A stretch of DNA of 64,000 nt from contig QPMI01000075.1 of assembly GCA_004431415.1 (NCBI GenBank), forward strand, positions 1 through 64,000, read 5' to 3'. Source of the stretch: Cyanophora paradoxa CCMP329 (taxonomy: Eukaryota; Plantae; Glaucophyta). The notes under the pieces were generated by a model. That model did not search any database, was not told the DNA's origin, and saw only the letters and a program-made list of their open reading frames with translations. The translations under genes and the position numbers were made by a program. Positions 58,865 through 64,000 of the stretch are shown here, piece by piece; within the stretch, counting starts at the first letter, position 1; the number at the start of each line of letters is the position of its first letter.

Positions 58865-60800
58865 CTATCGGCGGCCATAATATGGGTGCAAATGACGATC
58901 AGCGAAATACTCGTCGACCATGCCCATGCCTAGGCCCTCCAGAAACTCCTCCGTCGAAAGGTCCTCCTCTTCCTCCTCTTCCTCCTCCTCGCTCTTCCCC
59001 CCCGGCCCCCAGAAGGAGACGCGGGCCGAGGGGAGGGCCGCCGCCGCCGCTGCCCGCGCCGCCCCCCGCTCGGCGTAGACGCCGCCCTCGTCCCCGAACC
59101 GGAAGAGGAGCACCCCCCTCGGGTCCACCCGCAGGCGCACCTGCGCCGCTCTCAGAAGAGGGGGGGGGAAGAAGAAGGGGGGTACGGACCTCGGTGGACT
59201 CGATGGCGCAGCCGGCGAAGGCGGAGAGGCGGCCGAGCTCGTCGACGAGCCCCGAGAGGTCCTCCACGGCGTCCTCGCCCACGGAGGGCACGAGGGCGAG
59301 GCGGCGGGGCCGGGCGGCCGCCAGCGCCGCCGCCGCCTCCGCCGCGCGCCCCGGCGCGAGGTCCACCGCCACGTCGAGGGAGATGCGCCCCGGGAAGCTC
59401 TGGCCCAGCGCCGCGAGCTTCGCCAGCAGCTCCGCCGCCGGCGGAACGTCTGCGGGGTACGTCTTAGAAAGGGGCGGGGGGGGGGGAGAGGGGGGTACGC
59501 GCGGGACGCACGGAAGCAGAGCTCGAGGTCGGAGAGGGAGGGGGAGCGCCCGAGGGCCGCCGCGAGGCCGTCGAGGCGCCCCGCGATGCGCCCGGGCTCG
59601 ATGCGGCTCCGGTGGCAGACGTCCAGCGGCCCCAGGCTCCGCAGCGCCGGGCAGGCCCCGAGCGCCGCCAGGTCCTTCCCCTCCACCCCCGGGTGGAGCT
59701 GCCGTAGCTCAAGTTAGAATAGGAAGAAGAAGAGCGGCAGAGGAAACGGACCCCGTAGAAGACGTGCAGGTGCTCGAGGGCGGCGAGGCGCGGCAGGGCG
59801 CGCAGGGCTCGCCCCGAGAGGAGCGCGCGGACCCGGAGCCTGCGGTCGCGCGGGCCGGGGTTAGCTAAGCCGGGCGGGGCGGGGCGGGGCGGGGCGGGGC
59901 GGGGCGGGGCGGAGCGGCGCGCACTCTTTGAGGGTGTGCGGAGCGGTGGCGGAGGATGCGAGGGCCTCGATGAGGGGCGCGGCGTCGCGGGCGGCCTCCA
60001 GGCCCGGGGCGGCCCCCTCGTCGATCTCCAGGCACTCGAGGCTCGGGAAGTGGCGGAGCAGGCCCCAGAAGTCCGCGTGGAGGCGGAAGAAGCTCAGGAG
60101 CATCTCGCCGTCGAGCGTGCCCCTGTACGTGTTCCGTATGGAGAGCCGGCGGAGCGCGCGGCACGCGGCGGGGACCGCGGCCGCGGGCGCGGCCGGCGGG
60201 TCGAAGGAGTGCAGAACGATGGGGACGCATTGCATGCACTCGCGCAGCCTCACGTCGAGGCCTCCGAGGCCGCCGCTGGCCATGGTGCACGCTGAGATGA
60301 GGGATTCGAGGCTGGGGCTCCCGCTGAAGGCGTCCCCATCGCCCTTCGCCTTCAACAGCAGGCGCGTGTTGAGCGAGGCGCCGGGGGCCAGGCGGATCCA
60401 CCGCCTGCCCTCGCCAGCCCCGACCAGGAGCTTGGCGATCCGATCCGCGACGTCGATCTTCGAGCTCGGGCGCCGCCCGACGACCTCCAGCCGCCGCCAG
60501 AGGATCGCCTCGGCCGCGTCGCGCCAGCGGCGACAGACCAGACGGGCTTTCGCCGCCGCCTCTAAGCCAAGGCTCTCGAGGATTCGCGAGATGAGCTCCT
60601 CGGGCAGCCGATCGATCGGCGGCGCGGCAACGTCCGCCTCGAGGGAGCGCTCGCTCGAGCCCCGAGCTGCGCGTGGATGAGCGGTGGCTTGGAAGTGGAG
60701 CGCATGCATATGCACGCGCACTGGGGGGCGATTCCGCGGCCTCTGTCGTCGGGCGGGCTTCCGCCTGCGGGTTCTTCCTCTTACGCCCGGCAACAGGCAT
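58865..60800 (-). CDS. F-box protein with LRR-like C-terminal region
   Basis: PIDRLPEELISRILESLGLEAAAKARLVCRRWRDAA (F-box). LRRLSI, FPSLECLEI and CPALRSL motifs, and an acidic C-terminus. Exon structure is approximate. Confidence 0.82.
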
Positions 60801-61013
60801 CTGCGGCGGAGTCAATGCACGCTAGATCGCTCTAATGCACGCATACGCACTGCGCGTGCGGGAGAGGCCGCGCTCGGCCTCGTTGGGGGGGCTACGTGTT
60901 TCTTCGTTCGCATTCGGAGACGGCAGGCTCGTAGGTAGTGGAGCGGAGCGCAAGAAGACCGGCTCTTCGGGCGTTGCTGCGGCCAGCGAGCTCAGTGCGG
61001 TGAGAGAGCAGAT

Positions 61014-63677
61014 ATGCCGCCAGCCGGCCGGCAGCGGGGAGTGAACGGAGACAAAGAGGAGCTCCTGGACGTAATCTGCCAGCGCTCCGACGACCCGTCG
61101 TTCTCGGATGGCGCCTCATCGCAGAAGAACTCGAAGCAGGAGCGAATATTATCGCCTATAGTCGAGCACCTGCCGGAGGACGACCGAGAGCCGACCTGGT
61201 TCGTAACCATCATGTATGGAGCGGGCTGCTTCCTGAACGAACTCACGGCGGCGATGTGGTTCTCGTAAGCTCTCTTTCTACAATCTTTGGCGCCCGCCCG
61301 CGCCCGGCAGCTGCGCAACTGACATCAACCGCAGCTATGTACTCTATGCTCTTCAGTTGCAGGGCGTGTCGACCGGCGGAGCCGCGGCGGTGTTGTTAGC
61401 GGGGCAGGTCCGTTTGCTGCTGGCCGCCTTGCGGAGCCTTGCGGGGTCGTTGACCGCTTCCTCAGATTGCCGATGCTGTGGCCATCCCGATTGCGGGACA
61501 GCTGTCCGATATGACGAATCACAAGTGAGATGATTCGCGCGCTAAACGGCCCCCCGACCGATCCGCAACCCCCGCAGGCTCGGCAAGCGGAGACCGTGGC
61601 TGGCAGTGGGCGCGCTCGTACTGTCGCTGGCGTTCATCGCGCTCTTCTCGCCGGCGCCGTGCGTGCCGATCTTCCCGGCCTGCAAGCAGGACAGCGTGGC
61701 GATCGCCTGGTACGTTCTCTGGGCGGTCACCTTCAACTGCGGCTGGGTGCGCGCTCCTTGCCCGCCGCGCCCCGCGCCCGCGCCGACGCCGGGGGGCGGC
61801 TGCTGCAGGCCTCGGTCCAGGTCGCGCACCTCGCGCTGGGCACCGAGCTCTCCTCGAAGCAGACCGTGCAGGTCCGCCCCGCCGCCGCCCCCGCCGCCGC
61901 CCCCGCCCCCGCCGCGGTGCCTGACGGACGGACGGACGGGGCGCGCAGGTCCGCCTGAACAGCGTGCGGTTCGCGTTTGCTGTGGCGGCCCGCCTCACCG
62001 TCTTCGCCATCGCCGCCGTGGTACGCTCCGCCACTCCCCCGCCGCCGCCGCCGCCCTCGCCGCCACCCTCCCGACGCGCGCCCCGCGTCCCCCAGTTCTT
62101 CCAGACGATCGACGGCATGTCCTTCGGCCACTTCCAGGTACCCCACCCACACACCCGCCCGCCCGCCCGTACCCCCCCCCCTCAGGCTTCGTTCGCAGCT
62201 GGTGGCGTACGTCATCGTGGGCCTGGGCGTCGTCGCCGTGGCCCTCTGCGTCGTCTTCGTCAAGGAGCCGGACTTCGCGACGGCAGCCGCCACTCCCCGC
62301 CCGGGCTCCGCCACCCCCACGGCCGCGCCCGGGACGCCCGGGTCGCCCGGGACGCCCGGGGAGGACGGCGCACCGGTGCCGATGTCCTACTGGTTCGGGG
62401 TACGCCTCTTCCACGAGGTCGCCGTCATCTTCACGGCCTCGCGGGTCGTCGTCGTCGTCGTCCAGGTGAGATCAGATTCGATCTCGAGATTAGATCTAGG
62501 TCTTGAAATATTTCATGTCACCCTTTTTCTTGTCACTCACCTCCACAATCACAAACCTTCTATCTCCAGCCTCCAGCTAGACAAGGGTCCCGGGCCTCAC
62601 ACCGGCCCGCCCCGCCCGCCGCGCAGTCCTCGATGCCGTTCTTCGTGGAGCGGACGCTGCACATGGAGAAGACGGCCGTCGCCATGGGGCCCCTCTCCCT
62701 CCAGCTCGCCTGCCTCTTCGGTGCGCGCTTTGATAGCTATCCATCCATCCATCGGGTCCGATCGAGGCTGACTGACGGGCGGGGCCGCGGCAGGCTCCTC
62801 GCTGATGCCGAAGCTGGCCCAGCGCCTGGGCGTCCGCGGCACCTTCCTCGCCGCCTCCCTCGTCTGCATCGCCGCCAGCGCCTGCCTCAAGTGCGTCCGA
62901 TGCGAACGAAGCGCGCGCGCGCGCCCGCCCCGACGCTCGCTCGTTCGACCCTGCGCAGGGCCGTCCCAGCGGGCCCCGCCGCCCCCTCCGTGTACCCCCT
63001 CTTCGTCGTCCTCGGCTTCGGCACCGCGGGCCTCATGGTCCGTACCCCTCCCCGGAGAGCCGCCCCGGGCCGTCCGCCCCGCGCCGAGCCCCGCGGCCCC
63101 CGCCGCAGGTCTGCGCGATGACGTTCGCGTCGACGGTCGTCGGGCCGCACAGCGCCAGCGGCGCCTTCGTCTTCGGTACCCCCCCCTTCTTCCTGCCTCC
63201 TTACGGGCCTCCCTGACTTGGTCCGACCTCGCGGGAAGGCTCGTTCGGGTTCCTGGAGAAGCTGGCGACGGGCCTCGTCATCTTCGTCCTGCAAGTCGCC
63301 GAGGTCTACCACAGCGCCGAGGCGAGCGAGCGAGCCCCGCCTGCATCCCCACCGCCGCTGCGGCTCGCTCAGCTCTCTTCGGACAGGGCTCGGCCATGGC
63401 GATCTCGGTGGTGCCGGCCGTGGCGGGCGCTCTGGCGTTCCTCCTCGTGCTGCAGAGCCCGGCCCTCCGCCGCGGGTCCGCGGCCGACGCCGCCGACGCC
63501 TCAGCCTCCTCCGCCTCGGAGACGGCCAACGGCAAGCCGGCGCCGAGCTCGCCGCGGCCCCTCGCGGCGGCGGCCGCCACGCGCCGCAGCGGCGAGGGCG
63601 ACCGCTCCCCGCAGGCGAACGGGCACCACCACCCCTCCGTGCAGGTCGTACCCCTCTACTCGGGCGAGCCCGTCTAG
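61014..63677 (+). CDS. MFSD12: MFS (GPH/MFS_2) transporter, MFSD12-like, multi-exon
   Basis: YGAGCFLNELTAAMWFS/Y, GQ/IADAVAIPIAGQLSD, RRPWLAVG, TFNCGW/ASVQVAHLALGTELS, LNSVRFAFAV and SASGAFVF/GSFGFLEKLATG parallel MFSD12-family motifs. The symbol is family-level only. Confidence 0.85.
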
Positions 63678-64000
63678 TCTAGGCTTCTTCTCCCGCTCTC
63701 GGCCTCGCGCTGCTTTTTGTGTTCCCCTTGCGCCTAGCTCCCGCCCCGCTGTTCCGAGTTCTCCCCCCTCCACGCTGTCCCGCGCCTCCACCCTGTAAAT
63801 GCACCCTGGCAACCCCAGCAAAACCCCGGCGGCGTTGGGGAGCGCATGCACCTACCGTAGTACAGGCATATGCACATGCATATGCATATGCATCTGCATG
63901 GCAGACGCGGCCGCGGCTATAGCTGGCGCGCATGATCGCTGGCAGGCCCTGAGGCGTCTAGATCTCTGAACCGCCGAGCTTGAGCCTCGGAGCTCGAGTC

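Overview
GC-rich eukaryotic (protist/alga-like) genomic DNA with many short introns, often GC-AG. Neighbouring repeat copies differ mainly in homopolymer length, so many apparent frameshifts are probably long-read indel errors. Five host genes are supported: a lipocalin, a full-size ABCB/MDR transporter, an LRR-SAM-TIR protein, an F-box protein and an MFSD12-like transporter. More than half the window (7331-41556) is one nested mobile-element complex. The outer element is a giant minus-strand non-LTR retrotransposon, about 18.2 kb once two nested insertions are removed, with a poly(A) tail and a 17-18 bp TSD. Its reconstructed polyprotein reads: hydrophobic/signal-like segments, ~15 x 42-aa repeats, APE, RT, RNase H, two tandem Ulp1/C48-like protease domains, a CCHC finger, and a C2H2/PIP-like tail. 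Inserted in its 42-aa repeat region are (i) a 15.06 kb non-coding foldback DNA transposon with TAT...ATA ends, a 6-bp TSD (IS3EU-like), ~2.9 kb TIRs and a ~9.75 x ~705 bp tandem array, and (ii) a 922-bp element with a 15-bp TSD. The ABCB gene contains a non-autonomous Helitron2/Helentron and a second, truncated copy of the small element whose TSD recreates a splice acceptor. All domain calls come from manual motif recognition; no searches were run.
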